From contig CBDDBX010000037.1 of the NCBI GenBank assembly GCA_965225955.1, forward strand, positions 308 to 64,307: a stretch of DNA of 64,000 nucleotides. Direction: 5' to 3'. The notes beneath the pieces are model-generated. The model was given only the letters and a program-made list of their open reading frames with translations, ran no database searches and was not told the DNA's origin. This document shows positions 9,865 to 19,732 of this stretch, piece by piece. The stretch comes from Candidatus Aminicenantia bacterium. GTDB lineage: Bacteria > Acidobacteriota > Aminicenantia > UBA2199. The number at the start of each line of letters is the position of its first letter. Position 1 is the first letter of the stretch. The translations under genes were made by a program, and so were the position numbers.

Positions 9865-10976
9865 AAAACCTTAAGCGGTGGGTTCACGGTAAAGAGCTGC
9901 AGTGTGGTTATACTACCGGCTCCTGCGCTGCTGCAGCAGCAAAGGGTGCAGTTCAGATGCTGCTTGAGCAGAAACCCGTGACGTCTGTAACCATTACTAC
10001 TCCCGGGGATATTCTGCTGGATCTGGAGCTTGTTGATCAGGAGTTCAGTACAACGGGAGCTCAGTGTGGTGTGGTTAAGTTTTCAGGAGATGACCCGGAT
10101 ATTACAAACGGTTTTAAAGTATATGCTTCTGTTGAATATACCGATGGCAACAGCATCGAAATAGATGGTGGCGTCGGAGTGGGGCGGGTAACAAAGCCCG
10201 GCCTCTCTGTAGCTCCCGGAGAAGCAGCAATAAATCCTGTACCCCTTAAAATGATAGAGGGTTCAGTAAAGGAGATTACCAGAGGGAAGTGTGGTGTAAA
10301 GATTGTAATTTCAATACCTGAAGGTGTTGAAGCTGCTAAAAAGACCTTTAATCCTAAATTAGGAATTGAAGGGGGCATTTCAGTTCTGGGAACCACGGGA
10401 ATTGTTGAGCCAATGTCCCAGGAGGCTTCTAAAGACTCTCTGGTACTTGAACTGAAAGCAGGGCTGGATAGTGGTGGTAAAGAAATTACCCTTGTTCCGG
10501 GAAAATATGGTGAGAACTTTGCCATAAACAGCATCGGAGTGCCGCAGAAAAGTATCTTCTTTACCGGAAATTTTATTGGAGAGCTCCTTACTGCAGCAGC
10601 CTCCATGGGTGTTGAATCTGTTCTGCTGACAGGACACATTGGTAAGCTGGTGAAAGTTGCAGGTGGTATCTTTAACACTTACAGTCGTATTGCAGACGGT
10701 CGTATGGAGATAATGAGTTGCATTGCCTCTCTTATGGGTGGAAACAGTGGACTTACCAAAAAAATACTTGAAGCAAATACCACAGATGAGGCTCTTGACA
10801 TAATTGATGAAGCCGGAATTGAAGGTTTTGCAGAAGCTTTGACAGAGAGGATAAGTTCTAAATTGAGAGATCTTTCAGGCCTTGAGGTTGGGGTTGTTCT
10901 TTTCAGCCTTCAGAGAGGTTTAATCTATATGGACAGCACCGCAGAGAAGCTAATTGGGAGATTGAAGAGTGAGTAG
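9861..10976 (+). CDS. cbiD: Cobalt-precorrin-5B C1-methyltransferase
   Basis: GYTTGSCAAAAAK, GDDPDIT, GISVLGTTGIVEPMS and GHIGKLVKVAGGIFNT motifs. Confidence 0.95.
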   Translation: MKNLKRWVHGKELQCGYTTGSCAAAAAKGAVQMLLEQKPVTSVTITTPGDILLDLELVDQEFSTTGAQCGVVKFSGDDPDITNGFKVYASVEYTDGNSIEIDGGVGVGRVTKPGLSVAPGEAAINPVPLKMIEGSVKEITRGKCGVKIVISIPEGVEAAKKTFNPKLGIEGGISVLGTTGIVEPMSQEASKDSLVLELKAGLDSGGKEITLVPGKYGENFAINSIGVPQKSIFFTGNFIGELLTAAASMGVESVLLTGHIGKLVKVAGGIFNTYSRIADGRMEIMSCIASLMGGNSGLTKKILEANTTDEALDIIDEAGIEGFAEALTERISSKLRDLSGLEVGVVLFSLQRGLIYMDSTAEKLIGRLKSE

Positions 10977-11595
10977 ATTTTTTCTTGTAGGAATCGGCCC
11001 CGGAAGTATAGATTACATTCTTCCTGCAGCTATGAAAAGAGTTGAAAGTGCAGATGTACTGATTGGGGGTAAACGTAATCTTGAAACTTTTAAAGATATC
11101 TTCAGTGGTAAAACCATTGAACTGAAAAGTAATTACCCTGAAGTAACAGAATACATAAAAGAGAACAGAGATAAGAAGAGGATTGTTCTTGTGGTTTCCG
11201 GGGACCCGGGATTTTACAGTCTCTTAAATACTATGCTTAAGAGTTTTGACCGTAAGGATATTGTTGTGGAGCCGGGAATAAGTTCGCTGCAGTATTTAAT
11301 GGCTAAAGGCACTGTGACTTTGCAGGATGGGCGTATGATAAGTCTTCACGGGCGAAGTAGCGGAGAGCTTGAGAAGATAGTGGAAATCCATAAAGTGGTT
11401 GGCATACTTACGGACAAAATAAATTCCCCCACAGAGATCGCAGAACGCCTCTCAACTGCTGGTTATGGAGACAGAGATGTGCTCATTGGTGAGAGACTCT
11501 CTTATGAAGATGAGAAGATAAGTAGCATGAAGATAGATGAAGCAAAGAGCGGGGATTTTGATCCTCTCTCAGTTATGGTGGTGTACAGTGAGTAG
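10969..11595 (+). CDS. cbiE: Cobalt-precorrin-7 C5-methyltransferase
   Basis: VGIGPG, SGDPGFY, PGISSLQ, SLHGR and GERLSYEDE motifs. Confidence 0.9.
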   Translation: MSRFFLVGIGPGSIDYILPAAMKRVESADVLIGGKRNLETFKDIFSGKTIELKSNYPEVTEYIKENRDKKRIVLVVSGDPGFYSLLNTMLKSFDRKDIVVEPGISSLQYLMAKGTVTLQDGRMISLHGRSSGELEKIVEIHKVVGILTDKINSPTEIAERLSTAGYGDRDVLIGERLSYEDEKISSMKIDEAKSGDFDPLSVMVVYSE

Positions 11596-12175
11596 ATTTT
11601 ATGTACCGGGAATACCGGATGAGGAGTTCCTGAGAGAAAGAGTGCCTATGACCAAAAGAGAGGTAAGGGTACTTTCAGTTTCTGCAATGAGACTCAGTAA
11701 GAACTCTGTGGTTGCTGATATTGGTGCAGGCACAGGCTCTGTTTCGATTGAATGCGCTCTTATTGCACCGGAAGGTAGAGTTTATGCTTTTGAGAAGAAT
11801 CCCGAAGCTGTTGCTCTGATTGAGAGGAACTGCAATCACTTTGGGGTTTCAAATATAGAGGTAATTGCGGGAAATGCAGGAGCGCAGCTGAGTACTGTTG
11901 ATGATGTACTGGATGCAATGTTCATTGGAGGTTCCGGTGGAGAGATGGAGTCGGTTCTGAAAACAGGGTATAAGAAGTTGAGATCTGGTGGCAGAGTTGT
12001 AATTAATGCTGTAAATATAGAGACTCTGACTCTGGGTTTAAATACTCTTAAGAAGTGTGGTTACTCAGATATCTCTTTCATTCAGGCCTCAATATCCAGA
12101 AGCAGAAAACTTGGGAAAGGCCATGCCCTTGAGCCTCTTAACCCGGTTTTTATAATTGAAGGTTCAAAATCATGA
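11588..12175 (+). CDS. cbiT: Cobalt-precorrin-6B C15-methyltransferase (decarboxylating)
   Basis: PMTKREVR, DIGAGTGSVSIE and FIGGSGG motifs; GTG start overlaps the end of cbiE. Confidence 0.92.
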   Translation: MSRFYVPGIPDEEFLRERVPMTKREVRVLSVSAMRLSKNSVVADIGAGTGSVSIECALIAPEGRVYAFEKNPEAVALIERNCNHFGVSNIEVIAGNAGAQLSTVDDVLDAMFIGGSGGEMESVLKTGYKKLRSGGRVVINAVNIETLTLGLNTLKKCGYSDISFIQASISRSRKLGKGHALEPLNPVFIIEGSKS

Positions 12176-12861
12176 GTACCTTTACCGGAGTTGGTGTTGG
12201 TCCCGGAGATAGGTCCCTCATTACTCTCAAAGCAGTAGAGGCAATCAAAGATTCCGATGTTGTTGTAGTACCTGTAAAGAGGGAGGGGGCAGAAAGTGTT
12301 GCTCTCAACATTGCAAAAGAACATATAGGTGAGGGCACAGATGTTGAGAAACTCCTATTTCCAATGGTAAGAGATGAAGATAAGCTGAAGAGAGAGTGGC
12401 AGAAAGGGGTTGAAAAGGTAACAGAACTACTTGATAAGGGACTGGAAGTTGTGTTTCTCACTATTGGAGACCCCATGCTCTACAGTACCTGCTGGTATGT
12501 ACTGAAAGATATAAAGGCCAGAGGTTATAAAACCGCTGTTGTGCCGGGTATAACATCTTTTTCTGCTGCAGCTGCAACCCTTCAGACTCCTCTTGCAATG
12601 GGAGATGAAGCTTTTACTGTAGTACCTGTAACCCCGGGGCAAAAGTCTCTGAAAGAGGGAGTCAGGAACTATGCTTTTCTTAAGGTTTCCTCGGATTATG
12701 AGGCTTTAAGAGAAGAACTTAAAGAAGAGAAACTTATTGAAAGGAGCCGCCTTATTATTGAGTGCGGTAAAAGTAAAGAAGAGATAGTAGACAATCTTAA
12801 TAATAGAGGAGACGAGATTCCTTATCTCTCTCTGATACTCACTGGAGGAGATAACCAATGA
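12172..12861 (+). CDS. cbiL: Cobalt-factor II C20-methyltransferase
   Basis: GVGVGPGD, LFPM, TIGDPMLYST and VPGITSF motifs. Confidence 0.92.
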   Translation: MSTFTGVGVGPGDRSLITLKAVEAIKDSDVVVVPVKREGAESVALNIAKEHIGEGTDVEKLLFPMVRDEDKLKREWQKGVEKVTELLDKGLEVVFLTIGDPMLYSTCWYVLKDIKARGYKTAVVPGITSFSAAAATLQTPLAMGDEAFTVVPVTPGQKSLKEGVRNYAFLKVSSDYEALREELKEEKLIERSRLIIECGKSKEEIVDNLNNRGDEIPYLSLILTGGDNQ

Positions 12862-13613
12862 AAATCTGGTTTGTAGGAGCCGGTCCCGGAGATCCCGATC
12901 TTATTACTGTAAAAGGTGCGGGGCTTGTGGAAAAGGCTGATGTAATTATATACGCAGGGTCACTGGTTAACCCTGAAATACTTAACCGCAGAAAAGATGG
13001 TTCAGTAGTACATAATAGTGCCTCAATGACTTTGGAAGAGGTAATAGAGGTAACTGAAACTGCAGTAAAGGAAGGGAAAATGGTTGTGAGGCTCCATACC
13101 GGAGACCCTGCAATATATGGAGCTATAAGAGAGCAGATGAGGGAGCTGGATAAGAGAGGAATCTCTTATGAAGTTATTCCCGGAGTAAGCTCTTTTTCTG
13201 CTGCAGCAGCTTCAATGAATATGGAGTTTACTCTGCCCGGAGTAAGCCAGACTCTTATTCTGACCCGAATAAAAGGAAGAACTCCGGTACCTGAAAAAGA
13301 GAACCTTGCATCCCTTGCTTCACATAAAGCTTCAATGGCGATTTTTCTAAGTGTACATAAGATCGATGAGGTGGTTAAAGAGCTTCTTGTGCACTACCCC
13401 TCAACAACTCATATAGCAGTTGTTCAGAAAGCCTCATGGGAGGACCAGAAGGTTGTAAAGGGAACTCTCGAAGATATTGCAGAAAAGGTTGAAAAAGCGG
13501 ATATAACAAAAACAGCCCAGATTCTTGTAGGCGATTTTCTGGGGGATGAGTTTGATAACTCTCTTCTTTATGATGGAAGTTTTTCCCATATGTTCAGGAG
13601 CAGTGGGTCTTGA
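12858..13613 (+). CDS. cbiF: Cobalt-precorrin-4 C11-methyltransferase
   Basis: VGAGPGDPDLITVKG, YAGSLV and RLHTGDPAIYGAIREQ motifs. Confidence 0.95.
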   Translation: MKIWFVGAGPGDPDLITVKGAGLVEKADVIIYAGSLVNPEILNRRKDGSVVHNSASMTLEEVIEVTETAVKEGKMVVRLHTGDPAIYGAIREQMRELDKRGISYEVIPGVSSFSAAAASMNMEFTLPGVSQTLILTRIKGRTPVPEKENLASLASHKASMAIFLSVHKIDEVVKELLVHYPSTTHIAVVQKASWEDQKVVKGTLEDIAEKVEKADITKTAQILVGDFLGDEFDNSLLYDGSFSHMFRSSGS

Positions 13614-14668
13614 TTGCTGTAATTGCTTTAACCCGGCAGGGAGCAGAAACAGGACGCAGGATTACAGAGATGGACTCTCCTGCATCTCTTTTTCTGAGAG
13701 AAAATCTTGCGGAAGAGTTCAGTGGCAGCCGTGTAATGGAAGGAACAACAATCTATGAAATGGTTGCTGATCTATGGAAAAGATACGACTCTATTGTTTT
13801 TGTTGCAGCTGCAGGAATAGCTGTAAGAGCAGTAGCACCTCTCTTAAAACATAAGAGCTCCGATCCTGCAGTGGTTGTTGTTGATGAGAAGGGTAAGTTT
13901 GTTATTCCTATTCTTTCGGGACATATTGGAGGTGCAAACCGACTGGCTTCAAAAATAGCGGAACATATAGGTGGTACCCCTGTTATTACTACAGCTTCAG
14001 ATGTTAATGGTATAGTTGCCTTTGATGAGATGGCTGCTGAACGGGGCTGGAAAATTGAGAACCTGCATCTCCTTAAACACGTTACAGGAACTCAAATAGA
14101 TGGGGGAAAGGTGGGGTACTACTCTGATATGGAAACCGGTTTTCCCATCCAAAAATCAGTTGTTATCCTTGATAAACCCGATTCAGAACTCCCCAGTGTG
14201 GTTGTTTCAGACAGATTACTCAATATTGAGTGCAAAGAACCTACCGTTTTCCTGAGGCCTTCAACAATATGTCTGGGAGTAGGATGTCGCAGAGATACTC
14301 CGGTAGATAAGATTCTGAAGGCAGTTGAAGATGCCTGCAAAGAGGCGGGAATATCCACTCTTTCCCTGGGGTCTCTGGCTACTATTCCTCTTAAAGCAGA
14401 TGAGCCGGGAATGGTTGAAGCTGCTAAACACCTTGGAGTGCCTTTTCTGATTATTGATGAAGAGAGAGTTGCAGGCTGTGAAGGAGATTTCAGAGGTTCA
14501 GAGTTTGTAGAAGCCGTTACCGGTGGTAAGGCGGTGGCTTCCCCCTGTGCCCTCCTGTCAGCTGAAGAGCCGGAACTGCTGTTGGATAAGTTTATAAGAG
14601 AAGGAGTAACGGTTTCAGTGGTAAGAGATTTAAAGAGATATAGTAGAGAGGCTAAAAGAAATGGATAG
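13610..14668 (+). CDS. cbiG: Cobalt-precorrin-5A hydrolase
   Basis: GIAVRAVAP, DPAVVVVDE, LSGHIGGAN, PVITTASD and GVGCRR motifs. Confidence 0.93.
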   Translation: MIAVIALTRQGAETGRRITEMDSPASLFLRENLAEEFSGSRVMEGTTIYEMVADLWKRYDSIVFVAAAGIAVRAVAPLLKHKSSDPAVVVVDEKGKFVIPILSGHIGGANRLASKIAEHIGGTPVITTASDVNGIVAFDEMAAERGWKIENLHLLKHVTGTQIDGGKVGYYSDMETGFPIQKSVVILDKPDSELPSVVVSDRLLNIECKEPTVFLRPSTICLGVGCRRDTPVDKILKAVEDACKEAGISTLSLGSLATIPLKADEPGMVEAAKHLGVPFLIIDEERVAGCEGDFRGSEFVEAVTGGKAVASPCALLSAEEPELLLDKFIREGVTVSVVRDLKRYSREAKRNG

Positions 14669-15398
14669 AGGTGTTCTCCATATTGCAGGAATAGGTCCAG
14701 GTAACCCGGATCAGATGAGTGAACGGTGCAGAGCTGTTATTGCTGAAGCAGAAGTTGTTGTGGGCTACCACGTATATACCGAACTGATTACAGAGCTTAT
14801 TGCTGGAAAAGAGGTGATCAATTCGGGTATGACCAGAGAAACTGAAAGGTGCAGAATTGCTGTTAAAAGAGCTGAAGGGGGAAACCGGGTTGTTCTTGTA
14901 AGCAGCGGTGACCCCGGAGTCTACGGTATGGCGGGACTTGCACTTGAAATTGCAGGAGAAGAGAGAGCTGATATCGATATTGAGGTTGTTCCCGGCATTA
15001 CTGCAGCAACTTCAGCCGCATCAGTGCTTGGTGCTCCTCTTATTCACGATTTTGCTGTAATAAGCCTCAGTGACAGACTTACATCTATGGAACTTATTGA
15101 AAAGAGACTTGATCTGGCAGCTGAAGGGGATTTTGTTATTGTGCTCTATAACCCCAGAAGTCGTGGAAGGCAGGAGCATCTGGGAAAGGCAGTTGATATT
15201 ATAGGGAAACATCGTAAACCCGATACTCCTGCAGGAATTGTATGGAGTGCCGGGAGAGATGATCAGAGAAAAACTATCACAGATCTCTCTGGTATCTGCA
15301 GTTGCGATGTGGATATGTTTGCAACAGTTATTATAGGTAATTCAGAGACAGTTGTTATTGACGGGGGAATGGTAACACCCAGAGGTTATCGCCGGTGA
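14661..15398 (+). CDS. cbiH: Cobalt-precorrin-3 C17-methyltransferase
   Basis: SSGDPGVYGMAG, GAPLIHDFAVISLSD, YNPRS and TPRGY motifs. Confidence 0.95.
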   Translation: MDRGVLHIAGIGPGNPDQMSERCRAVIAEAEVVVGYHVYTELITELIAGKEVINSGMTRETERCRIAVKRAEGGNRVVLVSSGDPGVYGMAGLALEIAGEERADIDIEVVPGITAATSAASVLGAPLIHDFAVISLSDRLTSMELIEKRLDLAAEGDFVIVLYNPRSRGRQEHLGKAVDIIGKHRKPDTPAGIVWSAGRDDQRKTITDLSGICSCDVDMFATVIIGNSETVVIDGGMVTPRGYRR

Positions 15399-16141
15399 TC
15401 CTTCTTCTTGGTGGAACAACAGAGAGTGCTCTCTGTGCCGGAGTCCTTAAAGAACTGGGGCTAAGGTTCTGTATATCTACAGCTACAACTTACAGTGAGA
15501 ATCTCTACTCACCTGATATGAAACTGGTAAGTGGCAGGATGGATTATCAGAATATGGTTGATTTCATAAGAGATGAGAAAGTTACTATGGTTCTGGATGC
15601 CACCCACCCCTTTGCAGGTAATGTAACTGACAATGGTATAATAGCTGCAGAAATCTGCAATATCTCCTTCCTGAGATATGAACGGGAGAGCTGGATACCT
15701 GAAGATATGACTGGTATAGATTACTGTAGGGATTACAGAACTGCAGCTGAGATTGCAGGGAAGAGATCTGGTAATGTACTGTTTACCACTGGTAGTAATC
15801 ACGTGGAGATTTTTACAGAGTATATCAATAAAAGAAGGCTCTTTGTCAGGGTTCTCAATGTGGAGGAGTCGATAAACAAATGCCTCTCTGCAGGTCTCGA
15901 AGAGAACCACATTATTCCCTTTCGTGGAAGAGCTTTGGTTGAACAGAATCTTGAGATTATAAGAGATCGAAATATAGAACTGCTGATAACAAAGGAGAGC
16001 GGTATTACCGGCGGGCTGAAAGAGAAGGTTCTTTCTGCTCAGATAGCCGGAATTTCATGCCTTATTATCAGTAAACCTGAATTCAGTGGAATCAGAACCC
16101 TGAATTCAGAAGAGGAACTGAAGAGATATTTTATAAAATAG
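15395..16141 (+). CDS. cbiJ: Cobalt-precorrin-6A reductase
   Basis: LLGGTTE, DATHPFA, RYER and TKESGITGG motifs. Confidence 0.93.
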   Translation: MILLLGGTTESALCAGVLKELGLRFCISTATTYSENLYSPDMKLVSGRMDYQNMVDFIRDEKVTMVLDATHPFAGNVTDNGIIAAEICNISFLRYERESWIPEDMTGIDYCRDYRTAAEIAGKRSGNVLFTTGSNHVEIFTEYINKRRLFVRVLNVEESINKCLSAGLEENHIIPFRGRALVEQNLEIIRDRNIELLITKESGITGGLKEKVLSAQIAGISCLIISKPEFSGIRTLNSEEELKRYFIK

Positions 16142-16152
16142 TGGAGGGGTAT

Positions 16153-17868
16153 ATGAAAAAATTAATTTTATTGATTCTGTTATTAAGTTCATTTGTAATG
16201 GCAGAAAACAGTAAAGGTATTCTGGTAGTGAGTTTTGGAACCTCTTATAAAGAGGCGGAACAGAAGGGTATTTTACCTGTTGAAAAACTTATAAGGGAGA
16301 ATATGAAAGACCGTAAGTTCTATCGGGCTTTTACATCATCCTTTATAAGAAAAAAGATCCTCAAAAGAGATGGGATTAAGATCTTCTCTCCCACAGAAGT
16401 TCTTGAGGATATGAAGAAGGCGGGAATAGTGGACGTTGTTATTCAGCCACTGCACATAATTCCCGGTGCAGAGTATGAAGAAATCGTAGCTGTAGCTGGT
16501 AAATTCAGAAAAGAGTTTACCCGTCTGGCTCTTGGGAGTCCCCTTCTGTCATCTGAAAGAGATTATAAAGAGACAGCAGAAGCGGTTGCAGGAGTTCTGA
16601 AAAAAGGTGAACCCTGTGTACTTATGGGACACGGCACTCATCACAAAGCCAACAGCTGTTACAGCAGATTCCAGAAGTGTGCAGAAGAGATGAAGCTTCC
16701 TTTTCTTATGGGAACAGTAGAGGGGCATCCTGAACTTAAAGATGTAATTTCTGTTCTTGAAAAGAGAAAGATTAAAAGCTTCAGACTTGCTCCCTTCATG
16801 CTTGTAGCAGGAGATCATGCTCTTAATGATATGGCTGGGGATGAAGATGATTCCTGGAAAGTTATTCTCAGGAAAAAAGGTTTTAAACCTGATCTTTATA
16901 CCCGTGGTCTGGGAGAAAATCTTAAAATAAGACAGATTTTTCTTCGCCATGCTCTGGAGGCTGAAGGAGAGGCCGGAGCAGCAGGTATTATTCCGGCTGA
17001 AAGGATTAAAAAAGGTAGTAAGGTCAGTTATACTGATCCTGAAGGCAGAGAGTGGTCTCTGCCTTTCAAACCCCCAAGAGTTGTGTTTTGTCACAACTCT
17101 TTGCTGGAGATCTGGTATATGGCTGGAGGAGAAGCTGTGGGACGGGTTAAAGGTAATATAACAGAAGGAACCCCTGAAGAAAGAGTTCCTGTAATCGGAT
17201 TACTTGGTAACCCGGGAGTTGAGAGAATTGTTTCTGTAAAACCTGACCTTGTGGTTCTTTCAGGAAATTTCAGAAAGCATGAAGCTACAGCAAAACTCCT
17301 TGAAAGTGCAGGTATAAAATGTCTGCTTCTTAAATATACTACCTACAGTGATTTTCTGGAAATCCTTGAGCTATTCTCTTATCTTAACGGAACTGTTAAA
17401 GAAACAGGTAAACTGCTGGCAGATATTACTACTTCTGTAGATGAGGTGGTTAGTAGAAAGAGAGAAAAAAAGCCGTCAGTGCTGCTTCTTTTTGCAACAC
17501 CCAAGAATATCACCTGCGAACTTCCTGCAGGTTCAACAGGCTTCTGTATAAGAATGCTGGGGGGGAGGAATATCGCTGAAGGTGCTCCGGTTAAAGGTGG
17601 GCGCCGGGTTATGTACAGTATGGAAAAGATTGTAGCTGTTAACCCGGATGTTATTCTCATAAAAACAATGGGTGATATGGATGTGTGCAGAAGAAAACTG
17701 AAACAACAGTTTAACAGCCATGGGGGCTGGGGCTCTCTTAAAGCTGTGAAAGAGCATCGCATACACTATCTTCCAAAAAAATATTTTATGTACAAACCAA
17801 ACCGTGCCTATCCGGCTGCATTCAGATATCTCTATAAACTACTATACCCTGTAAAAGGTAAAGCTTAA
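16153..17868 (+). CDS. cbiK: Signal-peptide-bearing CbiK cobaltochelatase fused to a BtuF/FepB-type periplasmic binding domain
   Basis: Signal MKKLILLILLLSSFVMA; SFGTS, RAFTS, MGHGT, GTVEG and VAGDHA motifs; C-terminal half has ERIVSVKPDLV, EKIVAVNPDVI and WGSLKAVK. Confidence 0.88.
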   Translation: MKKLILLILLLSSFVMAENSKGILVVSFGTSYKEAEQKGILPVEKLIRENMKDRKFYRAFTSSFIRKKILKRDGIKIFSPTEVLEDMKKAGIVDVVIQPLHIIPGAEYEEIVAVAGKFRKEFTRLALGSPLLSSERDYKETAEAVAGVLKKGEPCVLMGHGTHHKANSCYSRFQKCAEEMKLPFLMGTVEGHPELKDVISVLEKRKIKSFRLAPFMLVAGDHALNDMAGDEDDSWKVILRKKGFKPDLYTRGLGENLKIRQIFLRHALEAEGEAGAAGIIPAERIKKGSKVSYTDPEGREWSLPFKPPRVVFCHNSLLEIWYMAGGEAVGRVKGNITEGTPEERVPVIGLLGNPGVERIVSVKPDLVVLSGNFRKHEATAKLLESAGIKCLLLKYTTYSDFLEILELFSYLNGTVKETGKLLADITTSVDEVVSRKREKKPSVLLLFATPKNITCELPAGSTGFCIRMLGGRNIAEGAPVKGGRRVMYSMEKIVAVNPDVILIKTMGDMDVCRRKLKQQFNSHGGWGSLKAVKEHRIHYLPKKYFMYKPNRAYPAAFRYLYKLLYPVKGKA

Positions 17869-18851
17869 TGGTAAAACTGCTCCTCTATCTTATGTTTCCT
17901 CTTATTGCAGGGCTTGTGGCTCTCACTACCGGAGCTGTTGATGTTCCGGTAAAGGAAATTTTTAAAATCTTCTCCGGTAAAGGAGATGAGATGCTTACTC
18001 AGATTATTATGAATATAAGGCTCCCCAGAGTTCTTGTGTCCGGCCTCTGCGGTGCAGCACTTTCAACTTCCGGTGCAATTCTTCAGGGAATAATGAGAAA
18101 TCCTCTTGCAAGCCCTAATATTATTGGTGTTTCTGCAGGAGCAGGTCTTGGGGGGATGATTGTTCTCATACTTCTGCCGGAATTTTCTGCTCTTGTAACT
18201 CCTGTGGCTTTTGGTTCTGCACTTCTTACAACCCTTCTTATATATTTTGTCGCCTGGCGCGGGGGAGCTGAGCCTTTGAGACTTATTCTTTCAGGTGTTG
18301 CAGTTTCAGCTTTTCTGGGGTCGGGAATAAGCAGTCTTCTTATATTTTTCCCCGACAGAGTACACAATGTTGTAGGTTTCATGGTTGGTGGTTTTGGAAC
18401 AGCCTCATGGAATGAGTTCAATATTTCCTGGGTATATATTGCTGTGGCCCTTATTATATCTTCATTAATTGCAAACAGGCTCAATATTCTGGGGCTTGGA
18501 GATGATTCAGCTGGTAATCTGGGTTTAAGAGTTGAATTGAATCGTTTTATATTTATTGCACTTGCATCACTTCTTGCAGCTGCAGCTGTAAGTGTTGCCG
18601 GCCTTCTGGGGTTTGTAGGATTAATTGTACCCCATGCTGCCAGAATGGTTGTGGGAGCTAACTATAAATACCTGGTTCCTGCATCTGCAATATTTGGTGC
18701 GGGACTTCTAATAAGCTGTGACACTCTTGCAAGAGTAGCACTGGCGCCGGTTGAGTTACCGGTTGGAGTAATAACCTCTTTTCTGGGGGCTCCGTTTTTT
18801 CTATATTTATTGAGGTACAGATTTAAACATGGCAGTAATAAAAGCAGATAG
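17868..18851 (+). CDS. FecCD/BtuC-family ABC permease
   Basis: IRLPRV, RNPLASP, GFVGLIVPH and ELPVG motifs. Confidence 0.93.
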   Translation: MVKLLLYLMFPLIAGLVALTTGAVDVPVKEIFKIFSGKGDEMLTQIIMNIRLPRVLVSGLCGAALSTSGAILQGIMRNPLASPNIIGVSAGAGLGGMIVLILLPEFSALVTPVAFGSALLTTLLIYFVAWRGGAEPLRLILSGVAVSAFLGSGISSLLIFFPDRVHNVVGFMVGGFGTASWNEFNISWVYIAVALIISSLIANRLNILGLGDDSAGNLGLRVELNRFIFIALASLLAAAAVSVAGLLGFVGLIVPHAARMVVGANYKYLVPASAIFGAGLLISCDTLARVALAPVELPVGVITSFLGAPFFLYLLRYRFKHGSNKSR

Positions 18852-19596
18852 TATATCTCTGGGTTACCAGGAGAAGATAGTTGTTAAAGATATCTCCCTT
18901 GAGATAGATAAGGGGGATTTTGTAGCTCTTGTAGGTCCAAATGGCTCTGGTAAATCGACACTTCTTAAGGCTATCTGTGGAAACCTGCAGCCTGCTAAAG
19001 GAACTGTATGGGTAGAAGAGAAAGTAGTTGAAGAGTATAGCGCCGGAGAACTGGCATTAAAAGTCGCCTGGCTGCCACAGAATCCCGTAATACCGGAGGG
19101 AGTCTCTGTTGAGGAGTTTGTAGGATATGGACGCTTTCCCCACAGGAACTGGCGGGGTATGTCTTCGGCAAAGGACAGAGAGATTGTTACCCGATCCATA
19201 GAGTCTGTGGGGCTGAACTCTTTAAAAGAGAGATTCCTTACCCGGCTTTCCGGTGGGGAGCTGCAGAGAGCCAGAATTGCTATGGTAATGGCTCAGGAAG
19301 CAGAAATAGTAGTTTTCGATGAACCTACAACCTTTCTGGATATTGCTCATCAGTATGAGATTCTTAATCAGATAAAAGAGCTTAATCAGAATCTGGGAAT
19401 AACAGTCGTTATGGTTGTTCATGACCTGAATCAGGCAGCCTCTTTTGCCCGGAGAATTATTGTTCTTGATAATGGAGGAATATATAGAGATGGTTCAGCT
19501 GAAGAGGTTATTACCGAAGATACTCTGAGAGAGGTTTTCGGGGTTAAATCCCGTATTATGAAATCTCCCTTCTACGTAATTGTAGAAGGCGTCTGA
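18829..19596 (+). CDS. BtuD/FepC-type ABC ATPase
   Basis: GPNGSGKST, LSGGELQR, DEPT and HDLN motifs. Confidence 0.93.
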   Translation: MAVIKADSISLGYQEKIVVKDISLEIDKGDFVALVGPNGSGKSTLLKAICGNLQPAKGTVWVEEKVVEEYSAGELALKVAWLPQNPVIPEGVSVEEFVGYGRFPHRNWRGMSSAKDREIVTRSIESVGLNSLKERFLTRLSGGELQRARIAMVMAQEAEIVVFDEPTTFLDIAHQYEILNQIKELNQNLGITVVMVVHDLNQAASFARRIIVLDNGGIYRDGSAEEVITEDTLREVFGVKSRIMKSPFYVIVEGV

Positions 19597-19732
19597 ATCT
19601 GTTTAATGAACCCTTAACTTAGCGTTGATTCAAAAAGTACGTTAAAAAGTGAGTAAAAAAGAGAGATAGTGGTTTTTTGTAAACTCTTTAACACTGTTTT
19701 TATTCGCGTGCATTAGCGTTGGAGTTTTTTTA

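Noticed and set aside
10969-11600. Identical GTGAGTAGATTTT starts of cbiE and cbiT
   Set aside because: The match is short and explained by overlapping stop/start coupling; there is no further homology.
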